Below are positions 1-14,772 of a DNA stretch of 64,000 nt, piece after piece. The position numbers were made by a program, and so were the translations under genes. The DNA is from Phallusia mammillata (Eukaryota): NCBI GenBank assembly GCA_965637545.1, contig OZ281495.1, forward strand, positions 21,948,001 through 22,012,000. The letters are read 5' to 3'. Position 1 is the stretch's first letter, and every line of letters starts with the position of its first letter. The notes beneath the pieces are model-generated. The model ran no database searches and was not told where the DNA came from. It saw only the letters and a list, made by a program, of their open reading frames with translations.

Positions 1-2835
1 ACAAAATGTTATCATGTTACAAATAAGAAATTTGCAATGATGATTTGACTTTAAAAAACTCGACCGCATTGTTTGCATACCATGAGCTCGCGCGAAGGGC
101 GATCCGGTTAGTGACCGGGAGCTGGAATTATTATACCAAGTCTTTCTGTTCTTCGAACAGCAAGGGAAGTTGTTGTTTTCGTTTATGCGCTCATACCAAG
201 AAAGTCATTGGACGAAATCCGTGCTGTGAACGCCATTCACTTTCGAATACTCTTTTAATTGTGTAAATACTCTTTTAACATTTTATAGTTTTTGTAGGAT
301 ATTTTCTATATTTTTTATGTGCGCTTTATATATAATTTTGCTGTTTTATTTTGAAATGATGGCGTGCGACAAACACAGAATAAAGAACTGTTGGCATTGT
401 GTTGTTGAACTATGGGCACAATCTTGACCCAAGAAAATCGCTTTCAACGGAGCGACCAATTTTGTGAAGATTTTCAAACGGCAAGGCGCCAAACAAATAA
501 GCAAGTAAACAGGGTTTGTTGTTTCTGTTACGTACATGGCGGAAAATTGTCACAGTAACATTGCTGTGTCATTTCACCACAACAAACTAGTATCTTGGTG
601 TCCAAAGTTCGCAGGTTTCAACATGCCTGTGTAGTATAGTTTCTGGCAAAAAAGCCCTCAAAAATTAACAGGAAAACTGCCAACGCAAGTGAACAAAAAT
701 AAGTTTTATATTTCAGCTTTCAATAATGTATTAGTTTTTTTCAGCTGAAACAACTTATCACTGGGGATGTCATTCTTAGTACCGCATGCTTTATTTCCCA
801 TTTAATTTTGACGCGCCACGCAACTTTAGGCAAAATAGTAAGTGATTTAATACAAAAGTTGTAGAAGCACACAGAATAAAAAAAAGTTTCTTGTTTCACA
901 TCGGCTTAACCTACATGTTTCCGATCACACAACAGTCACCATTTTTTACTGTTGTAGAAGCATTTACCTAAAAATTATATTTACTATTTTTTTCTTTGTT
1001 GGCCCATGTTTTTAATGTGTCAAACATTTTTTGGTCTTTGAATCATTCCACTGTCATCTTCACCCAAGGGAGAAAATCATATCAGCAAACAGGTTTTTTT
1101 TAAGGTTTGGTTTGGGTGACCGCTAAGTAGTTTTAAGAGACCGCAAGTGTTTCATTTAAATACCCAAAAATAGACATATTTGCTTATTTGGGAAACCGCT
1201 GGAGAAATTTCCAAAACACCTTAAAAAAAACACTGTCAGCAAACAAAACAAACTTGACAATATTTTTAACAATATCAAAGCAATTAAATTCACGGTTTTG
1301 GCATCAAGTGAAGGTAGGTGTCAAATTCAAGCACATTATTGTTTTTTTTTATGTTTGCAAGAAACTTAAAACTTTTTTAGTGATTGTCCAAATTACCTAA
1401 TCATTTGCTGCTGATTGATGGGTTTTTCAGTAATGATTCGTTGTTATGTCGAATGTTGTTTTTTCTAACTCAAGTCCTGTAAATAATAAAATCAATATAG
1501 GTTGTTTTTATAATTAAAACTATGTTTCTTCAGTCAATTTAAAGTTTCTAGAAATTTATTTTTATTAAATTACTTTCTCAGCGAGTATACAGTATACATG
1601 TTATACATCTGCCTCGGGTGTTTCCATGTTTCATCAATATTTGATGTGGCAAGAAACTCTGTTCTCACGCAGAAAGATTTAAAATTCGCAATTATTGAAA
1701 AAACGTCAGACCATGACGTTTGAATTCGTAGCGAAATTTTTTTACCTAGTTTATTACGCAGAATGTCATGTCATAAAGGTCAATGGATTCAAGTTACGCA
1801 AAAACAACGTACACCGACGTAAAGTTTTGGTATTTTGGGCTTTAAACTAATCATAATACCTTCTTTCATTATACCGATAGCAAGAAGATACTGCGTACAA
1901 AGTGATAACAGCAATGTATTGGACAATAATATGAGTAGCGCGGGCAATTGACTACTATATTAGGTACCATTTGCGTCAGGTGCTTAGCGGAGAAAGAGCG
2001 TCACGGGCGAGTACTCGGCGGTGGGGTCGCGCGCAACCTTGTGCGCTGGTTTGGACGGACGATGTTTATCTGAACACGAATTTCGTACTTCTGAGATGTT
2101 GGTGCACGACTTGCGCCATGGCTGAGTTTGATACAGTATTGAGGCGTTTTTTTGACGCCAAGCAGTTATAATGTGCAATTAGAACATTTAACAGGAAATG
2201 CTGACACTGGCAAGATTTGCCGTTCATGGTTTGTTTATGTTTCTTTCCTTTGTGCTGTACGTTAACATCTTCAGGATAGCCTACAGCTAGAACCAAGTGA
2301 AGTGCTTGCAGAGGCTGGCACAGGACTAATAGATTTATGTCCTTTGTAAAAGCTAAGTGTAGCGGAAGAAAAGTGGCATGTAAAAGGGCTAGGTGTAATG
2401 TCGCAACCGAATGTTATTTATAACCACTTAGAGTCTTAGTGATGTGGAATCTAATCAGAGCGGTACAATGTCACCTACTAAACAAGACGCAAGGACAATA
2501 GTCCAAAGTCGCAAAAACTTAGCCACCATTGTTTCTTGATGTAATGATGATAAACTGTCTTGACGAAACCGCACCGGTTAAACAGACAATTTAATAAAGC
2601 CGGCCACATAATGGTAGGGTTTATGTTCCCGCAGATTACAAACCGCAGGATTAAGATTTTTTATTGGATTTGTAAACAATGGTCGCTTCACATAAGAATC
2701 TTTTTTTACCCTCCATAAATTAAATTGTAAATAGGGTCCTGATGCTATATTTGTGTCTCGTAGGAGATAATTTAGTTGTTTAGAGTTAGTTTGCCTTTTT
2801 GTTGCTGATTTACAATCAAATCGGAAAAGTTCAAC

Positions 2836-5800
2836 ATGAAATTGTCATTATTTTGTGTCTTTCTCTGTGCGGTTTCTTCCGCAGTCGGATGTGGTTTAAT
2901 AGGTAAGGGTATGTTTAGTTAACATCACACAAATTCACCTATAAACGGAAACAATAGTCAAATAATACACTGCGCACTTCTGTTAAATATTCTTTCCCTG
3001 TGGGAAACCCTAAAGTATTAAAACTCAATACAGACACCAAGCACAAGTTAAAATTTGCGGTAGTAATTTTTTATTGGCATCAATGCAATAATAGTTGAAG
3101 AAGATTTACAACATATCAAGTAAATTTAGGAACAACCTTTTTGTATATTAGAGCGAATATTTTTTTACCGTAACATTACTCCAAGAAGTGAAACCATGAC
3201 CGAGTTATGAACATCTACAGACTACAGACATGATGTTACATTGTGACTTTTTCACAGGTTTCAGAAGAATAATCGAAATCGACGGATGCAATTCAGTTTC
3301 AATTGATATCAATGCTTGCAAAGGTTGTTGCCAATCCACCAGTTATTCGTCCGACCTCCAAACCATAGCCAGGTCGAAGGGAAAACACAATATCATATCA
3401 AAATCATCTTGCTGCGTTATTCATTCCATGATGGAGGTAAAAAATCCAATCAATTCAATTTTAGTCTTACGCCATTTTGTGACTTGTCGGGTTAAGATTA
3501 TTTGTTGTATTTGTATTAGTAGGCTTATTTCATTTCGTTAAATAGGAATACGCATTTGTCTATAACATATAGTACGGTTGTATAGGTGAAAAAGTTTAAA
3601 TTTTACACAACATAAATGAAAAAGAGTTTGTCGATGTGATATAGAGAAACGTCGTTCATTTACCGTTAGGTTTTTTGAAAAAATAAACAATTTTTTTAAT
3701 TAATCTTGACATTACCAATATAGTGACCTTGCTAAAAATGAGCTGATCTGTCCTCGCATAAACAAATCTTAATTTAAGTTCAGTATCTTTTCTAAGATGT
3801 AAACAAGTTTGATAAACGTTGTAGCCACATGTAATTTTGTTAAAAGGTTACAAGCTGCACTAAACGAAAAAAAAATATCTGGTTATTAGTGGAACATTAG
3901 CCTGCATGAGAACAAAAGTACAAATCTAAATGCGATACCTTCACATTTAATCCAGGTGTAATTAGCACACATACAAAACAAAAAAAACTTTTTTACTTAA
4001 TTGACTGTTACATTTTTTTTGTACATCCACACGCACGCAAAAACTAACTGTCAAAAATAAGCAATATAAAAGAAAATGGAGAAAATTGTTACACGCACTA
4101 AAATAAAAACATACTGGTACGTTCTATTGATATATCTGTATGCACGAATAACAATGTAATTATGATACGTAACATAACTTGTAATTTGCGCATTGGGACC
4201 AAAATGGACTTCAAATTAAAGAAAAGCTAACTAAATGGGTTCACCAAATATCACACATACTAACAAACCCCAATGATATCAAACAAACCGCTCCTCCATG
4301 TCAATCAACTCAGAGAACTTGGTCGGTGGCACGCAAAGAGGGCTTGGTGTTTTGCATAAATTGTGGACCCAGAACCAGCTATTGTCCGAAAACCGTTTTT
4401 TCATTTGCTCGGAATTTGGACTTCGAGATTGGAGAAACTCGTGTTGGGATGGGTCGTTAGTGTTTGCATAACTGTTTGTTGGAAGGCGATTAAATCTTGC
4501 ATAAACACGTTACGCGTCATAGTTTTGTAATTGTTTGTTGAGTAAAATCTCCGTCCTCTGTCCGTGTTGCTTTAACCCGTAAGACAAAGCGCAAGATAAC
4601 CAACGTGAATTAGCTTTGGCAGTAAATAGCGTTTGGGGTCGTTATGTTGAAGGTGCAGACCGCGCATCGAGCAATAGAGAAAGGCTGTGTATAGGCGTAT
4701 AATAAAGGCAAAATTTGGGACTTTGATAAATTATGCATCGGTGCAAGATTGACGACGTGTCGAGAAATCGGGGAATCAGGGGTATGGCGACCCTTCATCG
4801 TGGGAGACAATCTGCAAGCGCGTATCGAAGGAATTTCATTGTAATTACTTGCAACAACGCTTCAGGTTTTCGATACCTGTCGGGCGCGGGGCGTTGCTGT
4901 GTATATTTGCAACTGAGATGCGAGCGCCGATAACGGGTTTGCGCTTGATATTTTAATGCGAAAAGCTGCAATTAAATTCAATAGCGGCGCTGGCAAAAAT
5001 CCTCCCCGAACCGCGGTGATTAATTAAGGTGTCCCGTTGCAGACGAGTGCGAGGGAACTAATACTTGCAGCATAGATTGCAAAAATCGATGAAAAAGATT
5101 GACTTGCACCCAACAGATTCTGAAATCACAACCTTTGCCCTGAGATTTGCGGTTTCTGTTCTCCCCGTTGTTGATCATTTTGCCACTTTTCTGCGCATGT
5201 GCAACGATATCAGTACGATTTCGTGCGAAAAGGCACAATGAGCGATGAATATCAGCAACCCTTGTGATGGGACATGTCAAAAAAACGCTTGATAATCTTG
5301 CAGCAATGCATTACACAGCGCGCCCATGTGTCAATATGTGCTGCCTCGAAGCGAAAACGCCTGTCAGGCAAGGACATGCGTGCGAGGCAGAAAGGTTGGC
5401 TTTTTATCTATTTTTATCGGTTTAGTGTCGTTGTTTACGCCAAAAGCAAATCAATGCCTGATCTTTAGGGCCTTGTCACGCATCCCTGTCGAAGAAGATG
5501 TTTGTTATAAGCACTCGCTATGCTGTCACTTGTTTACGGGCTCAATGACCTCTATTCAGCTTTCTAATCAGAAGCAAGTATCAAAACAAACAAAACTAAT
5601 TCATTAACGCAACATTCTCCTTCCGCCGAACGACAATGCTTACAATTCATTTGCGCACTACCCGCCTGATTCGTCCGAATTCCTACAGTCGTGCACTGAG
5701 GCAACGGCACAAGGCTCTTACAATCTGGAAATGGCCTTGTTGTTTTCGTCGTGGCAAAATCATTGTCACGAGCGCACATGGTGTGTCGTAGGCTCGTTAA

Positions 5801-8800
5801 TGCGATAGACTTAGATCAAATCAGCTAGTTTGAACTGTTTTGACCAAAGGCGATGTAGATGATCACCGATTTCTCACAAAAATTTTCGTACACGACCAGG
5901 CATCCTGTTTTGTCACAAGTCGCGACATGACGCGTTTTTGACGTCACAATCTAATCTGGAGATGGCCTTTACATTCCAGCGATTCGCTAATCGCCGGTGT
6001 CAGAAACTCCGCAGGCGAATATCGCGGTTACCAACAACCGCTGACTTGCGGGAAGTCGCACCGCTTTGACGGCGCATCTGCCTGCGCGGGACTATTGTCA
6101 ACATACGCCACACTCGCGTGAGAGCCGGTTAGCCCGCGCCTCTGTTTCGTAAACAAATCCCGCGAATCGAGCAGGTTCAATGTGCATCATAGTAGCAAAG
6201 TGGCTTGCGCGCTAAACACATGATAGGCATCTAGCTTCATGCAATCGACAACCATCGCCCTGCTTACCAGGCGACGCTGGACGATCAGGTGCAAGATCCT
6301 GACACGATAAAGGAAAATGATTTTCGAATGTGCTGTGTCATGTGTCAATTCCTTTTGGCGACGCCGTGATTGACAGATGCAGCAGCGAGTGATTGTAGGT
6401 CGGCGGTGCGTGCAAGGGCTAATATAATCGGGTAAACGTTGTTTTTCCAAAGGCCGCGCCGATCGCCGTGGTGCATTGTTGTGGTGTGGCCCAACACCAT
6501 TTTACCAATTACATGATAGCGCCAATGGCCAGCGAAAATGCTAATTCCAAGGCCGGTCTCCACGCGACAAGTTACACAAATATTATTACTGATTCGTTCC
6601 CTTAACAATCAGTCCCCCCTCGTGTATACCTTGTGACGTCACTATCGCTTGATCTCGCCTGCCACTCAGCGGCGAGTGCGCATTGGGACGACGCACGCTT
6701 CGACAGATGAGCCCTGTTTATCTCAAAGGCCATTTGCAGGCGACGACGTGACCACCGTTCCAATATGACTAAAGCCTGCCGTTTCACGGTTGTCACTACC
6801 ATGACAAGATATTGTCAAAGCGTCGAAACTCCGAGGTTTTTATTTAACGACCTCTTTTGTTCGTACTGCTCTCTAGTTTGACATAAATTTTTAAGGGTTG
6901 TTTTGTTTTCGAGTGACGCACATAAGGTAACCTTCGCATAGAAATCCGGCTCGATCTGAAGAGTTGATAAGGTAATGTGCAGCAAGTGACCACCTATCTG
7001 GGAACTTTCCACAAGAAATCACTGAATGACCGCACAAAATTATTAGATGGTTGTTTATTGCGCAGTGGGAAAAAAACTGACAGGCGCAAATATATCACAC
7101 CTCCGGGTTCACTTCGGTTGAAATGCGGCGGAAAACCACAGAATGCCGTTCAGTGGCAGTTACTGGAAAGCGAAAATCGTCCGCGTATCGCCCTCCTAAT
7201 ATTATGCTTAATTGGCTCGTTCAACCTAACCGTAAACGATAATCTCGCAGATGACAGGTGCCCGCTGACCGCACACATTTGTCAGGATATTTTGATTGCA
7301 GACCTTGGGTCATCAGCAACGAAATTGCGTGACAAGGAGACATGTAGCTGTTTGCAACACTTAACGTAAAATTTTCTGAGGACTTAATATCTGCGACATA
7401 TTTTGGCTTTTCCCACTTTGCTTACCAGTTTTCAAAACAGTTTTTCTGTTTCAATAATACATTCACTGCCCACTGTTCATAAAACCAGTATCAGCTGTTT
7501 AGGAGACGCCGATAAAACATAAACAAAATGGCGACCACCGTGTGTTTTTGGATCAATTTTACATGAACCTTTCAACTTTTGCCTTCTGGTCGTCCATAAA
7601 TAGAAATGGTTCTGATGCCGTAAAGTAGCGGATTCATGAGGTAGTCACACCTACATACCGGGAATGAGTCATTCTGTGGTTTGAACTCGTTCATCATTAA
7701 TGCTTAACATTTCAACCGACGCGCTTGAGATTAGGATATTGGCAATCACCTCTGCATGAAACGAACTTGTGTTAAAGTGTTAAGAGGGGGCGTGAACACT
7801 TTAACCGGTGTCACATCGCGAAGTATGACAAAATCTACTATGGATTGCGTCAACTACCGTATACGCCACACCATCAACTATTTTCCCCAAATTAATTTTG
7901 ACCTTCTGTATAATTTTTTATTTTTGTTGATGTCAGTAAATCTTGTCAATTCTTGGTGGTGATGTATATGAAGCCAAGTTTTTTTTTACAATAATCTCGC
8001 TGTATGTGATGTCAATAATACAACGGCGTGCTGTTAATAAACCACTTTATCCCTGTGTTTAAGCGTTACTACACGGATTACGACAAAGTTTGACCGTTTC
8101 GGCTATACATTATGGACAATCCGCATCTGCTTTGGAAATAGATGAAATAAATTTTCGAAACAATCTGGGAGGTCCTTGTCTTACTATGATTATCTTAAAA
8201 ATCTGATGTTGGGCGTGTGACTTATTGACCCAGATTTCATGTCTACATGAATAGATGGGTCGTTACCCAGAAATTATGCATCAACAACGTAGTGTTTTTT
8301 ACGAATGTTGCACACCCTTTCCTCAAATTGGCATTTCTCACAAACTGAATAATAACTACCACACACGCACATAGAGCAATCGCCAAGTAAGGAACTTAAA
8401 AACGAAAGATTGAATTTTTGATAATCAACAAACAAACCCATTAGTTTACTGGCAGATCCTACGTCACGTTTGACATAGTTATAAGATTTCGTGGCCCATG
8501 GAAGCCCAGCCCCTGTCGAGATACAAGGTGATCTTCCAACTTCTCGGAAAACTGTCAATCTGGCACACAAATGTTGATCGTAAAACGATGTAACGGGGTC
8601 TGACGCCCTCTTTGTAATTATTTTCAGACGTTTATTTGGCACTCAGTGATCTTAAATTGACAGAATCTTAGTGCTTCTGAAACTTTCCAGCACGAGCAGC
8701 TGATCCGCAATTTCACGGTTGTTCTCGAAATTTCCATTTGCGCCGCGATCGCATACGGAGCGTGTACCGGTTGGCGAAAATTACTGAAACGTCACAAATC

Positions 8801-11800
8801 ACAAGGGTATCATCTAGAATTCCACGGGGTGACATATGACACATGCGGCGTAATCATCGCTTTCCGTACTAGTCACCAAACAGAACTGAAAATGTGGCGC
8901 GTTCCTTAACACCTCTGTCACTGCTTGATCCCACGAAAATAGCCAACATAAACCGTAACGTCTGTTCAATGTGGTAAGGCCGAAAAATCAAAACGCTATT
9001 TGTGGCTTGTCCTGAGTCAAATATTACTGAAATGAGACAACCTGCGCATTTTACGTAACATGGCCATGTTACCGATGTTCAATTCTCATTGGAAAACGCC
9101 TTGCAAATTAACTTGTTTATGAATTTCAGCAGCAAAAAAACAACATCAGGTGTTATGAATACGTGCATGTTCCCAGGCAACCGTATTTCCATATATGTCA
9201 GGTGATCGTGGTCATGCAACTTGTCATGTTCGTGCCTTGTCGGATAAACTATGTCCTCGAGATATCGATACGATACTAGGGTGCTACGCACGATACTAAA
9301 ACGTCATAAGATTTCATAGACTCTAAGAAATCGTGGAGAAAATGCGGCGACACTTTCCGTATTTGGGACCAAGTGGGTTAATCGCACTTGAACTACATCT
9401 TTTATCGTAGATTCGCCCAGGCGAATTTGGACTGAAACTATGATCAATATCTCGCGCGAGTGAAGCGAAGGGCTTCCCGAAACCACCGTACATTAAACAG
9501 ATTAAAAAAAAACAGAATTTTTTTCCTGTAGCACGCGATCCAGTGAAACTTGTTTAATCACCGACATCAAAAAAACATCATCTGAATCATATCTTTAAAT
9601 GTCATGTCCTGAAATATACGTATGTATGGCAACAACTACAAACTTAATTATAAACCCGCGGTGATGTAAAAATTATTCTGCATTTTATGCATCTTTTGGC
9701 GGTTGGACCAACCAACAATCAAATAGTGTTGCAAGTGCGTGTGTCTTCCAGATTTTCCGAAGAGGGCGGCGTTTTTCAACTTTTCTAGTGATACATAAGT
9801 CATTAGACCGTACAAGGCCACACACTCAGTTGTGAATAATGAGAAATGCATGTTAACTGTGATTTTCGCTTTAACCGGTACTTCGAGATTAGTAAGTTTC
9901 TCCAGGTGTTCAGGAAACCACAGTTAGTTTTCCAAATTTGGTCTAACTAGCAAATGAAAATAAAAAACTACTTAAGGGTAAACAACGACAAACTCTTACA
10001 ACATTCGCCTTTGTATACGACACGCCCGATATAACGGAGCAAATTAAAACGCTTTGGCAACCACCACAAAGCCCGCGATATATTCCGCGAAGTCTGTTTC
10101 TCGGAAAGCGAAGTTTTCAGAATTTGCTTGCAAACCGTAATGCCCTTCTATGTCTAAACATACCCAGCAGCAAGTTTAACATTTTGAACACCATGAAGCA
10201 AAAAATATTAGCTCACCAGGGTACATCTTTAACTTGCTGTACGTTGGCTAATTCGCCGCCTTGCGTCGACATGTGTTAGCTGTATAAACAGCATCGCATA
10301 TAACGTACGTCATTTCGCCACCGTCTCTTGATTGGAAAACACAGACTTCTCCTATGTAGACTATACGAATTTTGACGAGGCGCCAGGTTACGGTAATTGT
10401 GGGTCAATGTACGTGGGTTGTGGGTATTTTTATGTATACGCAATTAAATAATAATTCTATTGCAATGCACGCTACGACCTTAAAGTATGGATGATGCAAA
10501 CATACCACCATGGGTGTGACTACCATAAATTTTAGCGAGAGGCACGCCAATTTGTAGACGCCAAAATATATTTTCCGGTTAAATATTTTAAAATGTTTTC
10601 ATGCAAATGTTTTATAACAATGATTTTGTATTTAATTCAGTTACTGTTAACAGCAAAGTGTATTTGGATGCAACAGTACTTAGATCAGACTACTGAGACT
10701 AGACGGCTTTTAGACAGAGATCTTCAAAAGGCATTAATTTAATTGCAAGGCTAGTGGCGTCTATTATCACACTGATGCATCGGGGATAACTCCTTACAGG
10801 GCACCCTAAATGGAAAGGCCGCAATCATATCGCAATTCACATGCGGAAAACTCCATGAAAATGGCCTTTGCGGTGCTAGGAAAGTCCACTAATTCACGCA
10901 GGACCTTTATCGGATCGTTTTCGATCCCACACAAAGCAAAGATCTGATGTTACGTCACATCGATGGAGCCATCGTCTGCAAACTGGATAATTTAAAACGG
11001 AAATTGATAACTATATGGGCTGAGTAAAGTCAAATTTCCTGTGGCTTATTACAGGCGGATGCTTTAGTTTTAAGATTGTCCGATTTGGTGGAAGTGCGTG
11101 GCAGCGTGTTTCCGACATTTAGCGTTTATGTTGATGTCGAACAACCATGGTCGTGACACATAAATATGTTGCTCTTCGGGACTTCAATCACTGATCCCGT
11201 AGCGCGGACGTGTGAATCAGTGTCTTATCGCAGTTGCCCGTGATGAACGGCTTAACGCACGCGAAGGCGTCACTCTCGTGTGACAGGCCGCAATTTTACT
11301 TAATATCGTTCCCGCCGATCGAGCTATTAGGGTCGTCCCTTGCTGCTCGACGAGAAGGTAAAACTGCCGCCACACGCGCTAAAGCCCGCAATTGAAGTGT
11401 TGATGGTCCGTCAGACTACGCGATCATATCTCGGCGTATGACGTTCAAAAGTTCGGGCGACTGGCTTGCGCGTTAAGCTGGATCCGATAAAATGAACACA
11501 TTAGGGCTCGGGGTGCCGCAGCTAAGGTATTAGGGATCAGCAATTACTGCACGACCCCGGAGAAGAATGCGATTTTAATGCGTAGAGTGGCGTGACCAAT
11601 TGCACGCCGGAGAAAACAAAACATCAAGGTCGTGGTTTTAAGCAAGCGTAAACATATCAGTACGATCCATGGTGCGTGGTTACTCCAGGCTTTGAAACTT
11701 TGCTTGTAAGTAAGCTATGGGAAAAAGGTCATATACTTCCCGGATCAGTTCAGCTTAGGGTGTTTATGCTAGTCAAACAATGTCGTCCGCACCAGTACTT

Positions 11801-14449
11801 TGACATGATCAGTCAAAGAAAGCAAAGTGACACACGAGTTCAAGTTGGTCGCTCTTATCTTATCCGTTCGTGAAAAACACGTCCGACGACGTACGAGCGT
11901 CGGTTTTTGACGAGTTTTTGATACGAACCAATAAGCACTCCCAAAAAAGCGCGTCTACATAACAGGATGTTTGTTTTGCGCGCCGGACACCAGAAATAAC
12001 TCCTTGAGTTGATGTGGCATGCGGGTCCGTTTTACACATCGCAATGGTTGCGTTAGTGGATCGGGTTTCAGTTCTGAACCCTTGTACTGGCAATGAACTA
12101 CGGTGTGTTGCAATAGTTCAAGCGGTAAATATTTATCGCCCTCGTGGACTGCCTTGTTTGGTCACAACAGACCTGGAACGCCATCTGCGACAAATATTTG
12201 GCACACTGATGCAAACGTATCAAGAAATGGCCGGTTTATCCACTTGTTTATAGTACACAGTGGGCGGAGGCGTTTCGAATGTGTGAAACCGTCACAAGCG
12301 ATTACGTTGCATAAGACTGTGGATAGATGATAACGCGTTATTGTACCAAACAAAGAAGCGCTTATGTGATTTTTGCACATGTGCCCTGTGGGGTAATTTT
12401 GTCACTGATATCTCATGTTATTTTAGGCGCTTATAGGGAAAAAATTAAATTCCACTGTTTCGTGTTATCCGACATGTCGCAAAAGATACCGACCACCGTG
12501 TTGCATAAGTGATAAGGCATCGCGGATCGTTAAACCTATTCTACAGTGACCCTGCAACACAGCCTACACGTCACCAGTGGTGAATGTCGGGCAAAACGGT
12601 GGTGGTACTTCGCACAATCTGTTTGTCGTAAAACATACACTATGGGACGAGTTTCAAGACAGTTTAAGTTGAACCTATAAGCTTGAATGCGAAGAAATCA
12701 TTTTGTTTGCAGGTCGCAAGTGTTAAACCGCGCCTGTGCGAAAGCGACGCACGAAGTTGTTGCAAAATGTTTGTCCCGTCAACCAACTAGAGCGCCGTTT
12801 GTCACTGCGCGGTCGCTAAGTCATCGTTTCACAATACAACACAATTGGAACTAATTACAAACGTAATTAGTTAAACATTTTTACCTTGCGCCGAGCCAAA
12901 AAAAGTGAAAAACACGAAATATGTTAATTTTAAGGTTTGCTAAATTCCAGCAGAATTTTTTTTAAAGAAACAAAAACTTACTTTACCCTGTGACTATTTG
13001 AACATATTTTGCTAAACCGTTAGTGTTTATATTGGGCACCTTCATATGTTTGTTTATCAATAAACACGGTATGTTGCAAACTTGCACTGTTTCGTTGCAT
13101 CCGGACTTATCTCGTGCTGTTGTCAATCAAATAGTGTTGCCAAAATTATTTCAACACAGCAAAATTTACTAAAATTTGCGCCTGCTTTCACATACCACCC
13201 TGTACGTTCTAGTATTATAATGTTTACTATTAGGTCGCGTAAGAAGTTGTCCGATTGGCTGTTTCTTGGAACGCATAGTCTACAGAACGCATGAAGACAC
13301 CACAATGCCACACACAAACTACAACTTCTTATGTACCCAAATAACGCAATAGATTTGGTATTTGGTACGTGTACACCTTAATCAGAAATCACGTTCCCAC
13401 TTGTTATGGTTGTTTGCATCGTTCTTTCTAATGAAATTGGCAGTTAAAAAGAAGTTACTATCTAAACACAACTAGGTTTTGAGATTGACACACATTATTT
13501 TCCATAAAACATATTAATTCAAAACATCGAAATTTTAAATTCTGAACAAAACTCTAAAATAGCTATTTAAATGCTAGGCAATTTGTTGTACATCAACATT
13601 TCGTGTATTGGTATGACAAATTTAAATATGAAAACCAGCAATATGATGTTTTGAATGTAAAGAGCAAATCTTTTGGCCCTTAAGTATCTAGATAAACCGT
13701 CGAAAGGCAATGCGAACAAAAACTGATCCAATGGCTTGATGAATTAAAGTGGCATCTCATAAACCCCAAAACTATTTTCTTGTGAATATTACAAATATTT
13801 AGTTTCTGGAGTCATTCGCTGTCGATTGGCCAATTCAGCCACACCTTTATCCAACACAACAACCTGACATTTAATAGAGCAATTTGCATTTTGCACATCA
13901 GCAATACGTAGCTCGACGCAATGACGCGGCATGCCCGTGTACTGTCATTTACGGTCCTCTGGCAGATCGCACGTGCCAGGGATGCGACGAGCAAATAAAC
14001 AAAATACACCTAATGCAGAGGAAAATCGCACCATCTCACGTGAGGCAATATATCTGCCAGCAATCGAAATCCTGTAATTACCGGCTGGCATTTATCCACG
14101 TTCCATCAATGGCCTTTAGATGCTGCATTAGGACCGATTTTGATCTCATTCGATTGTAAACAGGGTTTCACTTGGGCCTCTTAATTATTGGCCATTTTAA
14201 CCATCGCTTCCATGACGTACTTCTTGACCAAATATTTCATTTTAACGCCCGGAAATGAGAAAATCAAATCCATTACCTTAATGCGTTTGTTCAAATAGTA
14301 ATCAGCTGCCTATTTCTCACACAATTATCACAAATCATTTGTCTTTCTACTTGCAGTTAACGTTTGCCATCAGATGCGGCGGGGAGAATGTGACGAAGAA
14401 AATCTTTACAGCCACCGAATGCAGATGCGGACTTTGTGAGGTTGATTAA
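2836..14449 (+). CDS. GPHA2: Glycoprotein hormone alpha-2 (thyrostimulin alpha)-like cystine-knot hormone subunit, 3 exons, 112 aa
   Basis: Exons 2836-2902, 3258-3436, 14357-14449 join in phase through GT-AG introns: MKLSLFCVFLCAVSSAVG (signal) CGLIGFRRIIEIDGCNSVSIDINACKGCCQSTSYSSDLQTIARSKGKHNIISKSSCCVIHSMME/LTFAIRCGGENVTKKIFTATECRCGLCEVD*. Cys pattern (CxGxC, S-x-CC, C-x-C-xx-C end), HNIIS and IFTA segments match GPA2. Confidence 0.88.
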
Positions 14450-14766
14450 CAACCGTGTCCACTCTAAATGCCGTGGTGGTTTTAGACGCGGCCCACAAAT
14501 CACATTTCACAGCGTGTACTAAAGCAGCAACGCGGTGCTCTTTGCTTGCTTTTTCTTCCGAGTTAAAATCCTGCATTATTTTTTGAGATACCTTTTTCTT
14601 ATTATTTTCAGCATGTGAAACTGTTATTTATGAAATTGTAAAGTGTTTGTAAAGTTACATGTATAGACTTGCAACGGTACCTTACCTATTCCTTTTGTGT
14701 GGCGGTAACCCAACCCCTTATCGCAGGCTACTGTTATTCCAATATAGTCTGCATGGATCGCATGTA

Positions 14767-14772
14767 AATAAA
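14767..14772 (+). terminator. Candidate poly(A) signal of GPA2-like gene
   Basis: First AATAAA downstream of the stop codon (about 320 nt); no transcript support. Confidence 0.3.

Noticed and set aside
6977-7369. 130-aa plus-strand ORF in the GPA2 intron
   Set aside because: Starts at a non-ATG codon, has no homology I can recognise and cannot be joined into the GPA2 model.
8274-8642. 122-aa minus-strand ORF in the GPA2 intron
   Set aside because: No recognisable domain, splice context or start context; length is compatible with chance.
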